Notes: generated from the sequence alone by a model not told the origin. Numbered from the stretch's first letter, positions 1-9,817 are shown. The stretch: 64,000 bases of DNA from an uncultured Actinomycetes bacterium (GCA_963767005.1 CAVYCN010000004.1:320001-384000), one strand, 5' to 3'. A program made the numbers and translations.

Positions 1-1
1 G

Positions 2-370
2 AGTCAGGCGGCGCTCTACATGGCGCTCGCCCCTAAGAGCAACGCGGCCTACAAGGCGATCGACGCCGCCATGGCCGACGTCGAACGGCGCGGCAACGAG
101 CCGCCGCCGCCGCATCTGCGCGACGCCAACTACCGCGGCGCGCGCAAGCTGGGTCACGGCGAGGGTTACCTCTATCCGCACGCGTTCGGCGGCTGGGTCG
201 AGCAGCAGTACCTGCCCGACGCGCTGCGCGGCGCCACCTACTTCACGGCGCAGCGCGGCCTCGAGCTCGAGCGCGCGCGCCGGCTCGACGAGATCAGGCG
301 CGCGGGGCTTGAGAAGCGGCCCGCGACAGCCGAAAACGATGACGTGCGCGCGCCGGACGAGCCCACCTGA
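2..370 (+). CDS. rarA: Replication-associated recombination protein A (MgsA/RarA), C-terminal part, 5'-truncated by the window
   Basis: YMALAPKSNA...PPHLRDA.Y.GA..LGHG.GY.YPH...WV.QQYLPD is the MgsA C-terminal signature; frame is open to the window edge. Confidence 0.9.
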   Translation, partial: SQAALYMALAPKSNAAYKAIDAAMADVERRGNEPPPPHLRDANYRGARKLGHGEGYLYPHAFGGWVEQQYLPDALRGATYFTAQRGLELERARRLDEIRRAGLEKRPATAENDDVRAPDEPT

Positions 371-486
371 GGGGCGGCCGTCCGTGAGGGCGGGGGCCGG
401 CGAGCAGAGACGCCCCCGCAAGAGGGGCGTCGTGGGGCCGGCGTGCGACGAGGCGTCACGCCTGAAACGGGGCAAGGGAGGTCTCG

Positions 487-888
487 ATGAGCTGGGCGTT
501 GGCGATCATCATGATCGTGACGATCGTGCTGATCGTCCTGATCTCGGCGCTGTACTGGTACGCGTCGCGGCTCAAGCGCTCGTTCGAGGCCCCGTCGCCG
601 GCGGCGCTCGCCGCCCAGCCGCCGCTCGTCTTCACCCTGTCTCAGACGAGCGCCGACAGCCTGGCCCACCTCTCGCGCGAGCCGATCCTCATCCGCCAGG
701 CGCAGGATGGCCTGCGGGTGCAGCTCGACAATCGCCCTCTCGTGCCGATCGCGATCCTCACCGACCGCGCGGCGGCCGCGGCGCTGCGCGAGATCGTCGC
801 GCACGCGAGCCAGCGCTACGGGGCACAGTGGACCGCCCTGGTCATGCCGGGCGGCAACGGGTCCGTCTCGGTGCAGCGGCTGGCCTAG
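487..888 (+). CDS. Hypothetical protein with an N-terminal transmembrane helix
   Basis: GGGAGG RBS before ATG; hydrophobic first 25 aa; strong GC3 codon bias. Confidence 0.75.
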   Translation: MSWALAIIMIVTIVLIVLISALYWYASRLKRSFEAPSPAALAAQPPLVFTLSQTSADSLAHLSREPILIRQAQDGLRVQLDNRPLVPIAILTDRAAAAALREIVAHASQRYGAQWTALVMPGGNGSVSVQRLA

Positions 889-1048
889 GGCAGCCGTCGG
901 CGAGCGCCTGAGCCCTTCCGCAGGCCCGCTGCGCCGCATCCTCTCCCTTCACGGCGACGGCGGCGAGCCGCCGTCGCCGCGCGGCCTGTCCGGCGTCGGC
1001 TGCCCGATGTCCCTCCCGACGATGCTCCGCGGCGTTCTCTGTCGGGGG

Positions 1049-1101
1049 TGTATACAGAGTTGTACACTGTTAAAGGAACCTTTCTGTTCTGTCGAAGAAC
1101 A
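1049..1101. promoter_or_regulatory. AT-rich promoter/operator island
   Basis: Palindromes TGTATACA (1049-1056) and TGTACA (1061-1066) and inverted repeat TGTTCT-N5-AGAACA (1085-1101) in otherwise very GC-rich DNA. Confidence 0.4.
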
Positions 1102-1163
1102 CTTGCGCCGGTCCGCTCCGCGTGCGCGGGCGGCGACACGCTCGGGGGCTCAAGGAGGCTTCA

Positions 1164-3209
1164 ATGGGACGGCTCTTCAAATTCCTCTTCGGTATGGCCG
1201 TTGGCGCGGGCGCCGCGCTGCTCGTGACGCCCAAGACGGGGCACGAGATGCGCGAGATGCTCTCCGGGCCGCAGGTCCGCAGCCTCATGCCGACCCGCCT
1301 CGCCGAGCTCGCACGACCACACGACGTCGCCGAGCCCTACGCGGGCGGCGCGACAGCCGTGGCCGAGCCGCCCGCCCCGACCTGGTCGGTACCCGTGGCT
1401 GAACCGGTCGCCGAGCCCGAACCTGAGCCCCTCGCCGAGCCCGAACCCGAACCGGTCGCCGAGGTCGTTCCCGAGCCGGTCGCCGAGCCCGAACCTGAGC
1501 CCCTCGCCGAGGCAGAGCCCGAACCGGTCGCCGAGCCCGAACCCGAACCGGTCGCCGAGGTCGTTCCCGAGCCGGTCGCCGAGCCCGAACCTGAGCCCCT
1601 CGCCGAGGCAGAGCCCGAACCGGTCGCCGAGCCCGAACCCGAACCGGTCGCCGAGGTCGTTCCCGAGCCGGTCGCCGAGCCCGAACCTGAGCCCCTCGCC
1701 GAGGCAGAGCCCGAGCCGGTCGCCGAGCCCGAACCCGAACCGGTCGCCGAGGTCGTTCCCGAGCCGGTCGCCGAGCCCGAACCTGAGCCCCTCGCCGAGG
1801 CAGAGCCCGAACCGGTCGCCGAGCCCGAACCCGAACCGGTCGCCGAGGCAGAGCCCATCGCCGAGCCCGCTGTGTCGAGCGACGACCTGCGGGCCCGCAT
1901 CGAGGAGACCAAGGCCGCGCTGCTGTCGGAGATTCAGCGGCCGTTCCAGGGCGTCCCCGAGCCGGAGCCCATCGCCGAGCCCGCCGCCGAGCAAGAACCC
2001 GCCGCCGAGCAAGAACCCGCCGCCGAGCAAGAGCCCGCTCCCGAGGAGACCACGTGGGCGGGGTACCCGGCGTCCGCAGAGCCCGTGGCGCCCGCGGCCG
2101 AGACCGAGCTCGTCGCACGAGCCGAGCCCGACCCAGACGCCGAGGGCGGTCATGCGACGCTCGAAGCCGAGCTCGGCGGCGCAGCCGGCGTGTCGGCGCT
2201 CGGCACCGACGAGCTCGACTCAGGCGCCCCCCTCGGCGTTGCCGAGGAGACCGCCGCGGAGCCCGCCCCCACCGAGACCGAGATCGAGCCGATCGAGGCT
2301 GAGCCCCCGGTCGCCGAGACGCCCGTGGAGCCCACGGCCGTCGAGGCACCGGTCGAAGCACCGGCCGCTGAAGTCGCGGACACGCCGTTCGCGGCGCCCG
2401 GCGAAGAGCCGGTCGCGGCCGGACCCGCCGAGGCGGCGGAGCCCGTCGGCTACGAGGCGCCACTGGCCGCGCCGGCGCCCCCCGAGGTCCCGCCGGCTCC
2501 CGAAGCCACCGCGTTCCCCGCACCTCCGGCGCCCGTGGTGGCAGCCGAGACGCCGCACGACATCTGGACCGCCGATCCGGTGCCGGCTACCTTCGAGTCG
2601 CAGATCGCCGAGCCCGCCGTGACGGCCGCGCCGCCGCAGGAGGCGCCCGAGACCGCGCCGGTCGAGCCCGAGGCCGCACCGCTCGAAGCCGCACCGGTCG
2701 AAGCCGCTCCTGCAGAGGCCTCCGCGGCCGAGCCGTTCGCCCCCGAGGCCGTGGCAACCGAGTCGCTCGAGAGGCCGGTCGAGTCCGAGGCGCCTGCCGC
2801 ACCGCTCGAGGTCGCGCCACCGGTCGTCGAGGCCGCGCCCGAGCCGGTCGTCGCGGAGACGGCCACGCCGGCCGAGCCCGCCGCGGCGCTCGAGGGGCCG
2901 GCCGAGACCGACGAGTTCGCGGCCGCTCCGGTCGCCGACGCCCCGGCCGCCGAGGCTCCCGCAGCCGACGCCGCCGCGCCGGCCGAGGAACCCGCCCCGG
3001 CGTCGATCGATCAGGCCGAGATGCGGCGGCGCATCGAGGAGACCCGCGCCCGGCTCAAGGCCAAGGCCTTCGACGCGATGATGAGTGGCGAAGCCGCCCT
3101 GCTTGCCCGCGACTCCGGCGAGAAGCCGGTGCCGCGCGCGGTCGACGTCCCGGTCGACCACGACATCGCCGAGACGCTCGACGAGTCGCTGTCGCAGGAC
3201 GACGAGTAG
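1164..3209 (+). CDS. YtxH-like membrane-anchored protein with a long acidic Pro/Glu/Ala-rich disordered region
   Basis: AAGGAGG RBS then ATG 1164; [23 protein letters not shown] is the YtxH N-terminus; two RxRIEET helices. Confidence 0.75.
   Translation: MGRLFKFLFGMAVGAGAALLVTPKTGHEMREMLSGPQVRSLMPTRLAELARPHDVAEPYAGGATAVAEPPAPTWSVPVAEPVAEPEPEPLAEPEPEPVAEVVPEPVAEPEPEPLAEAEPEPVAEPEPEPVAEVVPEPVAEPEPEPLAEAEPEPVAEPEPEPVAEVVPEPVAEPEPEPLAEAEPEPVAEPEPEPVAEVVPEPVAEPEPEPLAEAEPEPVAEPEPEPVAEAEPIAEPAVSSDDLRARIEETKAALLSEIQRPFQGVPEPEPIAEPAAEQEPAAEQEPAAEQEPAPEETTWAGYPASAEPVAPAAETELVARAEPDPDAEGGHATLEAELGGAAGVSALGTDELDSGAPLGVAEETAAEPAPTETEIEPIEAEPPVAETPVEPTAVEAPVEAPAAEVADTPFAAPGEEPVAAGPAEAAEPVGYEAPLAAPAPPEVPPAPEATAFPAPPAPVVAAETPHDIWTADPVPATFESQIAEPAVTAAPPQEAPETAPVEPEAAPLEAAPVEAAPAEASAAEPFAPEAVATESLERPVESEAPAAPLEVAPPVVEAAPEPVVAETATPAEPAAALEGPAETDEFAAAPVADAPAAEAPAADAAAPAEEPAPASIDQAEMRRRIEETRARLKAKAFDAMMSGEAALLARDSGEKPVPRAVDVPVDHDIAETLDESLSQDDE
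1401..1868 (+). repeat. In-frame 96-bp tandem repeat (32-aa unit [32 protein letters not shown]), about four near-identical copies plus a shorter first unit
   Basis: GAGGTCGTTCCC recurs at 1461, 1557, 1653 and 1749 (period 96). Confidence 0.95.
1980..2033 (+). repeat. 18-bp tandem repeat x3 (PAAEQE)
   Basis: CCCGCCGCCGAGCAAGAR repeated three times in frame. Confidence 0.9.
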
Positions 3210-3217
3210 ACGCACGA

Positions 3218-3261
3218 ACGCGGACGGGCCGGCCGCCGACAGGCGGCCGGCCCGTCCGCGT
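3218..3261. terminator. Perfect 20-bp hairpin between convergent genes (putative bidirectional terminator)
   Basis: ACGCGGACGGGCCGGCCGCC-gaca-GGCGGCCGGCCCGTCCGCGT; no U tract. Confidence 0.7.
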
Positions 3262-3269
3262 CTCTGGAC

Positions 3270-5048
3270 TCAGTGCGGCGGCTCCTCCGTCGCTCGCGGA
3301 CGCTCACGGAGACGCCACCCGGCCGCGGCGTGCCTGGCCCGCTGCGGCCGTCGCGCGCGATCGGCCGCTCCGTGCTCGGCCGCCCGCGGCACGTGGAGCT
3401 CGTGGCTGAGCAGGGTGGCCGACGCCACGAAGACGACGGCGAGGACGACCGCCGCGACCGGGATCGTGCGCGTCTCGAGGAGCAGGAAGAAGTACCACCA
3501 GACGTCCCAGCCCAGGTGGAGCCGGTCGCCCAGGTAGACGAGCGACGCCCCGATCACCGCGAGGCCGGCCCACACCGGCAGGGCCGAGCGCAGCCACGGA
3601 CCGCGACGAGCGATGGGCCAGAGCAGCGCGGCCGGCAGGACGAGGGCGAGCGAGAAGGGGTTGATGGTCAGCATGACGAGGGCCACCAGAAGCAGGGCAA
3701 GATGGGCGACCGTCACGACCGCCTCGGTGTCGACGGGGAAGTGCCGCGCGAGGCGGTGCTCGATCGCCATGGCGTAGTGGTACGTGACGGCCAGGAACAG
3801 CAGGATGAGGACCACGCGCAGGTAACGCGGCGCGTGGCTCACGAGCGCGTCGGGTGACACCGCGGCGCCGAAGCCGCCCGGGAGCAGGTCGAGCAGGCCG
3901 GCGAGGTACACGAGCGCGAGCGTGAGCAGCCAGGGCGCCACGCGCAGCGCCAGGCGCACCACGGCGTGGCGCAGCGGCAGGCGGCGGTGCACCGCGTGGG
4001 TCGCCAGCACGACCGACACGACGGCCAGCGGCATCGTGAGGACGATCAGGATCCAGACCACGAAGCCGCCCGATAGCTGGCGGAACCGGGAGAAGAAGAC
4101 GGTGTGGCCGCTGCCGGCCAGCGGCACCGGCGCGACGTCGAGGCTGGCGATCAGCAGCTCGGCCGTGCGCCCGCTGCGCAGCAGCGTGTCGGTAGAGACG
4201 GTGTCGAGCGTGTCGGCGACGGCGGGCACCGTCGCTCCCGGCGCCGATATCTCGATGGCCGGCAAGCCCGCGGCGACGAACGGGGCCTGGCTGCCGCCGC
4301 CGCTCGGCACCGCGAGCCGTACGATCTGGGTGGTCACCGGCGGCAGCGGCGTGCGCAGACCGGCGCCGAGCCGCCCGGAGGCTTGAGCGAGCCCCCACAG
4401 CCAGGGCGGGGCGAGCCTGGGCTGGGCGCTCCAGCCGTTGAGCGTGATGCTGTGGACGTCGCGGCCCGCCATGCGGCGCAGCGCCACGACGGCGAGGATC
4501 CCGAGGTCGCGATGGCGCGCGAGGAACGCGTGCGCGCCCAGGGCGCCGTTCGTGTCGCCGTCGGTCGAGACGAAGACGATGGGGTGGAGGTGGGCGCTGC
4601 CGGCGAACAGCGACGCCAGCTCGAGCAGGCAGGCGGTGCCCGAAGCGTCGTCGTTGGCGCCCTGCGTGGCGAGCGGCGGTGAGTCGCGGGGGGCGATCAC
4701 GACGATGGTCCCCGCGGCCGTCCCGTTGGAGGTCGCCCAGACGTTCGCGAGACCGACGCGGCGGCCGGCGACCTCGCCGGCGAACGCGTCGATGTGCGTC
4801 GTGAGGCCGTCCGCGGCCAGTTGACCCGCGACCCAGCCGGCCGCCCGGCGGTCGGCGGACGAGCCGGCCACGCGCCCGGGGAAGCCGTTCGCCAGAGTCC
4901 TGAGGTCGCCGGCGGCCGCCTGCGGGTCGAACACCGTGGGCTGGGTCGAGACGGTGATCGCCTGGGGCGGTCTCAGGGCCACGAGCGCGCCGGCGGCGAG
5001 GACCACGGCGACGAGCAGGGCCACGCGGTAGATCCTCAGGTCGGGCAT
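3270..5048 (-). CDS. M28-family peptidase-like domain (degenerate) with N-terminal anchor and C-terminal multi-TM region
   Basis: GANDDASG..LLELA motif; GGGAGG RBS before ATG 5048; about 7 hydrophobic C-terminal segments. Confidence 0.75.
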   Translation of the reverse strand: MPDLRIYRVALLVAVVLAAGALVALRPPQAITVSTQPTVFDPQAAAGDLRTLANGFPGRVAGSSADRRAAGWVAGQLAADGLTTHIDAFAGEVAGRRVGLANVWATSNGTAAGTIVVIAPRDSPPLATQGANDDASGTACLLELASLFAGSAHLHPIVFVSTDGDTNGALGAHAFLARHRDLGILAVVALRRMAGRDVHSITLNGWSAQPRLAPPWLWGLAQASGRLGAGLRTPLPPVTTQIVRLAVPSGGGSQAPFVAAGLPAIEISAPGATVPAVADTLDTVSTDTLLRSGRTAELLIASLDVAPVPLAGSGHTVFFSRFRQLSGGFVVWILIVLTMPLAVVSVVLATHAVHRRLPLRHAVVRLALRVAPWLLTLALVYLAGLLDLLPGGFGAAVSPDALVSHAPRYLRVVLILLFLAVTYHYAMAIEHRLARHFPVDTEAVVTVAHLALLLVALVMLTINPFSLALVLPAALLWPIARRGPWLRSALPVWAGLAVIGASLVYLGDRLHLGWDVWWYFFLLLETRTIPVAAVVLAVVFVASATLLSHELHVPRAAEHGAADRARRPQRARHAAAGWRLRERPRATEEPPH

Positions 5049-5136
5049 GGCCTCCCTGTCCACGAGTCCGCGACGGTCGGACGGCACGAGCGGTGGACGC
5101 CATCGCCGCACACACCTATGCCTCGAGGATGGTACC

Positions 5137-5175
5137 AAAAGCCGGCGGGGGGCGCTTGCGCGCCCCCCGCCGGCT
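5137..5175 (-). terminator. Intrinsic terminator of trpB2
   Basis: Minus strand AGCCGGCGGGGGGCGC-GCAA-GCGCCCCCCGCCGGCT followed by TTT. Confidence 0.85.
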
Positions 5176-5196
5176 CGTGCGTCCGCTCGACGACCG

Positions 5197-6555
5197 TCAG
5201 GCCGACGGCACGTGCGTCATCGCGACCTTGATCGCCTCCTCGGGGTGATCGTAGTCCTCGAGCTTGCCGGCGAGGAACTGCTCGTAGGCGCCGAGGTCGA
5301 GGAGGCCGTGACCGGTGAGGTTGAACAGGATGGTCCTCGGCTTGCCCTCGGCCTTGGCCGCGAGCGCTTCGTTCTGCGCCGCGAGGATCGCGTGCGCCGA
5401 CTCGGGCGCCGGCACGATGCCCTCGGTCTGCGTGAACACGCGGGCCGCTCCGAAGACCTTGGTCTGCGGCAGCGCGACGGCCTCCATGAGGCCGAGGTGG
5501 TAGGCGTGGCTGATCAGCGGCGCCATGGCGTGGTAGCGCAGCCCGCCGGCGTGGATGCCGGCCGGCATGAAGTCGTGGCCCAGCGTGTACATCTTGAGCA
5601 GCGGCGTGCTCTTGGCAACGTCGCCGAAGTCGTACGTGAACACGCCCTTCGTGAGCGACGGGCAGGCCGTGGGCTCGACTCCGACGAAGCGCGTCTTGGC
5701 TCTGCCGGCCATGGTCTCGCGCATGAAGGGGAAGGCGATGCCGGCGAAGCTCGAGCCGCCGCCGACGCAGCCGATCACGACGTCGGGATAGGCGTCGGCG
5801 TCGGCGACCTGCTCGAGCGCCTCCTCGCCGATCACGGTCTGGTGCAGCAGCACATGGTTGAGCACGCTGCCGAGCGAGTACTTCGAGCCGGGGTGACCGA
5901 CGACGTCCTCGACCGCCTCGGAGATGGCGAGACCCAGGCTGCCGGGGCTGTCGGGATCGGCCGCGAGGGCGTTGCGACCGGCGTTGGTGAGGTCGGTCGG
6001 ACTGGCGAAGACGGTGGCGCCGTTCAGCTCCATGAGCACGCGGCGGTAGGGCTTCTGGAAGTAGCTCACCTTGACCATGTAGACGGTGAGATCGATGCCG
6101 AAGATCTGGCAGGCCATCGACAGCGCGCTGCCCCACTGGCCGGCGCCGGTCTCGGTGGCCAGCCGCTTGATGCCGGCCTCACGGTTGTAGTAGGCCTGCG
6201 CGACGGCCGTGTTGGACTTGTGCGAGCCCGATGGGCTCACGCCCTCGAACTTGAAGAAGATGCGCACGTCGTCGGGCAGCCCCAGGGCCTTCTCGAAGCC
6301 GTTCGCCCTGACCAACGGCGTCGGTCTCCAGATCCGGTAGATGTCACGGATCTCCTCGGGGATGTCGATGTACTGGTCCATCGACGCTTCCTGCGCGATC
6401 AGGCCCATGGGGAAGATCGCCGCCAGGTCGTCGGGTCCGGCCGGCTGTCCGGTGCCGGGGTGCAGCGGCGGTGCGGGCGGCTCCGGGAAGTCCGGCGCGA
6501 TGTTGTACCAGCGCCGCGGGATCCTCTCTTCGCCCAACAGGTACTTCTTCTGCAT
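5197..6555 (-). CDS. trpB2: TrpB-like PLP enzyme (TrpB2, tryptophan synthase beta chain type 2)
   Basis: WRPTPL.RA, EGVSPSGSHK.N, TETGAGQWG, GSVLNHVL.HQ, HAGGLRYH, PAPESAHA; AAGGAGG RBS. Confidence 0.93.
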   Translation of the reverse strand: MQKKYLLGEERIPRRWYNIAPDFPEPPAPPLHPGTGQPAGPDDLAAIFPMGLIAQEASMDQYIDIPEEIRDIYRIWRPTPLVRANGFEKALGLPDDVRIFFKFEGVSPSGSHKSNTAVAQAYYNREAGIKRLATETGAGQWGSALSMACQIFGIDLTVYMVKVSYFQKPYRRVLMELNGATVFASPTDLTNAGRNALAADPDSPGSLGLAISEAVEDVVGHPGSKYSLGSVLNHVLLHQTVIGEEALEQVADADAYPDVVIGCVGGGSSFAGIAFPFMRETMAGRAKTRFVGVEPTACPSLTKGVFTYDFGDVAKSTPLLKMYTLGHDFMPAGIHAGGLRYHAMAPLISHAYHLGLMEAVALPQTKVFGAARVFTQTEGIVPAPESAHAILAAQNEALAAKAEGKPRTILFNLTGHGLLDLGAYEQFLAGKLEDYDHPEEAIKVAMTHVPSA

Positions 6556-6706
6556 GACGCACCTCCTTACGTTCCGTGAGCGGCATTGGGCCGGTCGTTT
6601 CGATCCTCGGGTGAGGGTTCAGTGCCACGGGTCGGGGCATGCCGAAACGGTGGCGCTGATCGGGGCGAGGCGGGGGTTGCCCGCAGGGGATGTCAGAGAG
6701 GGCGCG

Positions 6707-6754
6707 CTAGGCGCGCCAGAGCCAGGCCGTCGTAGTGACGTTCGTCTCCGTCAT
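6707..6754 (-). CDS. trpL: Putative Trp attenuator leader peptide MTETNVTTTAWLWRA
   Basis: 15-codon ORF with two TGG codons near its end, about 150 nt upstream of trpB2 and just downstream of a -10 box. Confidence 0.75.
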   Translation of the reverse strand: MTETNVTTTAWLWRA

Positions 6755-6764
6755 CGTGCCGGGG

Positions 6765-6773
6765 ATTCTACCA
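6765..6773 (-). promoter_or_regulatory. Extended -10 promoter for trpL-trpB2
   Basis: TGGTAGAAT on the minus strand, 10 nt before the leader ATG. Confidence 0.6.
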
Positions 6774-6885
6774 TGGAAGTCAAGCGCGCCCTTCCGCCCG
6801 GCGTTGCCGGTCGTGCATACTGGACGGCGGCGCCCGAGCTGCGAGCCTCGCCGCCGTCCAGTATGCACCCGAGAGGAGTGGCCTT

Positions 6886-7701
6886 GTGAGGGTCGCCTGC
6901 GTGCAGATGAACTCGCGGTCCGACAGGGCCGACAACGTCGCCACGGCGACGCGCCTCGTGCGTCGCGCGGCGGTCGCCGGCGCCCGCCTCGTCGTGCTGC
7001 CCGAGACGTGGGCGTTCAAGGGCGGGCGGATCGAGTCGGCCGCCGCCGCCGAGCCGCTCGACGGGCCCAGCAACAGCGCGCTCGCCGGGCTCGCCGCCGA
7101 GCTCGGCGTCTACCTGCTGGCCGGCTCGATCTACGAGGCCCGCGAGGGGGCGGACCTGCCCTTCAACGCGAGCGTGCTCTTCGACCCGGACGGTGCGGCG
7201 GTCGCCGTGTATCGCAAGATCCACCTGTTCGACGCGGTCGCCGGGGAGCAGGTGTACCGCGAGTCCGACGACCTCGCCGCCGGCGCCGACCTCGTGACGG
7301 CGGCGGTCGACGACGTCAGGGTCGGCCTCACGATCTGCTACGACCTGCGCTTTCCCGAGCTGTACCGGGCGCTTGCCGCGCACGGTGCGCAGATGCTGCT
7401 CGTGCCGTCCGCCTTCACCGAGGCCACCGGCCGCGACCACTGGGAGGTCCTGCTGCGGGCGCGCGCCGTCGAGAACGGCTGCTTCGTCGTCGCCGCGGGC
7501 CAGTGGGGCGAGTACGCCAAGGGCCGTCGCTGCCACGGGCGCAGCATGATCGTCGATCCCTGGGGGGTCGTCCTCGCGGTCGCGCCCGACGGCGTGGGGC
7601 TCTGCGCGGCCGACCTCGACCTCGGCGCGGTCGCGCGCGTCAGACGGCAGCTGCCGGCGCTGACGCACCGGCGCCCCGATCTCTACGGGAGCTGGGAGTA
7701 G
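6886..7701 (+). CDS. Carbon-nitrogen hydrolase (Nit1-like amidase)
   Basis: E-K-C triad motifs [20 protein letters not shown]; RARAVEN; GAGGAG RBS. Confidence 0.92.
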   Translation: MRVACVQMNSRSDRADNVATATRLVRRAAVAGARLVVLPETWAFKGGRIESAAAAEPLDGPSNSALAGLAAELGVYLLAGSIYEAREGADLPFNASVLFDPDGAAVAVYRKIHLFDAVAGEQVYRESDDLAAGADLVTAAVDDVRVGLTICYDLRFPELYRALAAHGAQMLLVPSAFTEATGRDHWEVLLRARAVENGCFVVAAGQWGEYAKGRRCHGRSMIVDPWGVVLAVAPDGVGLCAADLDLGAVARVRRQLPALTHRRPDLYGSWE

Positions 7702-7704
7702 GAC

Positions 7705-8574
7705 TTACGCCGGGGCGGCGTCGCGGCGGCGGCGCTCGAGCACCGCCGCCGCGATCAAGCCGACCAGCACACCGACGACAAAGCCGACGGCGGCGTGCAG
7801 ATGCAGGGCCTTGGGCTGCGCCGCCGCCGGCGCGGCCGCGCGGGCGACGATCGCCGGCGTCTCGACGTCGTGGGCGACGAGCAAGTCGAGCGTGGCGGTG
7901 CGCTTGTCGTCGAGCAGGCTCTGGATCTCCGTCGAGGTCGACTGGGTGATAGCGAGGTAGGGCGCGCTCGCCATGGCCCGTTCCGCCGCCGAGCCGCCCG
8001 ACGTGGCGATCGACGTGAGAGCCCGCTCGGCCTGATCGTTGCTCTTCTGCAGCTCCGCCAGGCGTCGTGTGTCGCTCGTCACCTCCTCGGTGAGCGCGGC
8101 GATCTTCGCCTGTACGTAGACGGCCAGCTTGGCGACGACGACCTCGGCGATCGCGTTGGCGGCCGCCGCGGCGCGCGCCGGCTTCGAGTCGGTCACGTCG
8201 ACATTGACGAGGTTGATGGGCCCCGTGGCGCTCTTGGTCGCGGGCGGCACGATGATCGTGAGGCCTTCTCTCAGATTGCGCGCGGTCTCGCCCATGCCGA
8301 CACTGGGCACGACGGCGCGGATCGTGCTGTCGGCGCCGCCGATCGACGAGGCCGCTCTCGGATCGGTGTTGAGGGCGCTGATCGAGGTGCCGGTGGCGTC
8401 GGTGGGCTGACCGAGATAGAGGGAGCTCGTCGCGGTGTAGGTGGTCTTCTGGGCCACAGTGAGCCCGGCGCCGAGGATCACGCCCAGCAACGCCAGGGCC
8501 ACGACGACCCACCACCAGCGCAGCAGTCCGCGCAGGTACTCGCCGAGCTCGATGTCGTACGTGTCGTCTGCCAC
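7705..8574 (-). CDS. Wzz/CpsC-like polysaccharide chain-length determinant
   Basis: DIEL.EYL..L.RWWW N-terminus, two TM helices flanking a coiled coil; GGAGG RBS before GTG 8574. Confidence 0.75.
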   Translation of the reverse strand: MADDTYDIELGEYLRGLLRWWWVVVALALLGVILGAGLTVAQKTTYTATSSLYLGQPTDATGTSISALNTDPRAASSIGGADSTIRAVVPSVGMGETARNLREGLTIIVPPATKSATGPINLVNVDVTDSKPARAAAAANAIAEVVVAKLAVYVQAKIAALTEEVTSDTRRLAELQKSNDQAERALTSIATSGGSAAERAMASAPYLAITQSTSTEIQSLLDDKRTATLDLLVAHDVETPAIVARAAAPAAAQPKALHLHAAVGFVVGVLVGLIAAAVLERRRRDAAPA

Positions 8575-8629
8575 TGCTTCCTCCGTCGGGGCGATCAGCG
8601 CCGACCGCGCGGCCGGTGCCGTGCCGCCA

Positions 8630-9817
8630 TCAGGTCGCCTCGAGCGTCCGCCGCACGCGGGGTGCCTGCTCGTGCACGGCAATCATACATGCGGCGATGC
8701 GCTCGACGTGGCCCGACTCGAGGCGGCCGTAGGCCGGCAGCGTGATCACTTCGTCGCACAGCCGGGCGGTCTCGGGCAGGCGCTCCCCGAACATCGGTCC
8801 GCTCGCGGCGAAGGCCGTCAGGCGGTGCACCGGCGGCACGTAGTAGGCGCGCGTGTCGATCCCCTCGGCGTCGAGCGCCGCCGCGAGCTGATCGCGCGTG
8901 AGGCCGAACTGGGCGGCGCGCACGCGCAGCGAGAAGTCCTTGAACGACGAGCGGTCCTGGGGACGCAGCCGCTGGAAGGCGACCCCCGGCAGGTCGCCGA
9001 GCAGGCTGCGGTAGACGGCGGCGAGCTCGTTGCGGCGCGCGGCCTCGGCCTCGAGCAGGCCGAGGCCCTCGAGCCCGAGCAGCGCGCTGGCCTCGGGCAG
9101 GCGCGCGTTGAGGCCCGGGAAGAGCGCGTCGTAGTTGCCGGGGTTGCCGTACTCGCGACCGACGACGACGCGCTCGGCGAGCGCGTCGTCGTCGGTCGCG
9201 ACGACCCCGCCCTCGCCGGTGATCAGGAGCTTCGTGGGCGACGTGCTGAAGACCTGAGCAAGACCCTGGCGGCCGACCGGGAAGCCGTCGCGCCGCGCGC
9301 CGAAGCCGTGGGCAGCGTCGTAGACGACGTCGACGCCACGCCGCCGCCCGAGGTCGTCGAAGGCGTCGGTGTCGGCCGGGGCGCCGAACACGTGGACCGG
9401 CGCGACCAGGGCCGTGTCGCTCGTGAGCGCCGCCTCGGCCGCCGCCGGGCTCAGACACCAGGTCTCGGGGTCGATGTCGGCGAAGACCGGCTCGAGGCCG
9501 GCCCAGACCGCCGCCATGGCGGTCGCCATGAACGTGAAGCTCGGCAGCACGATGCGGGCGCCGCGGTAGCGGTCGAACACGAGCATGAGGCCGGCGGTGC
9601 ACGACGACACGCCCAGCGCGTGGCGCACGCCGAGGTGCTCGGCGAGCGCCTGCTCGTACTCGGCGAGCACATGTCCCTTGGTGACGAGGCCCGATGAGTA
9701 GATCTCTCGCAGGGTCGGCTCGAGCCGCTCGAACGGAGCCAGGGTCGGGCGCAGCAGGTGGACGCGCTCGGCGAAGGCGGCCTCGCCGCCGAGGATGGCC
9801 GGGGTGCGGGCGATCAT
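8630..9817 (-). CDS. DegT/DnrJ/EryC1 nucleotide-sugar aminotransferase
   Basis: VSSCTAGL, PSFTF.AT, DAAHGFG, STSPTK...GEGG. Confidence 0.92.
   Translation of the reverse strand: MIARTPAILGGEAAFAERVHLLRPTLAPFERLEPTLREIYSSGLVTKGHVLAEYEQALAEHLGVRHALGVSSCTAGLMLVFDRYRGARIVLPSFTFMATAMAAVWAGLEPVFADIDPETWCLSPAAAEAALTSDTALVAPVHVFGAPADTDAFDDLGRRRGVDVVYDAAHGFGARRDGFPVGRQGLAQVFSTSPTKLLITGEGGVVATDDDALAERVVVGREYGNPGNYDALFPGLNARLPEASALLGLEGLGLLEAEAARRNELAAVYRSLLGDLPGVAFQRLRPQDRSSFKDFSLRVRAAQFGLTRDQLAAALDAEGIDTRAYYVPPVHRLTAFAASGPMFGERLPETARLCDEVITLPAYGRLESGHVERIAACMIAVHEQAPRVRRTLEAT

Noticed and set aside
1076-1089. Possible LexA box GAAC...GTTC near rarA
   Set aside because: Spacing is 6 rather than 4 and the flanking CG is absent.
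1401-1868. Regular repeats suggesting a CRISPR array
   Set aside because: No unique spacers, the period is a multiple of 3, they lie inside a CDS, and no cas genes are present.
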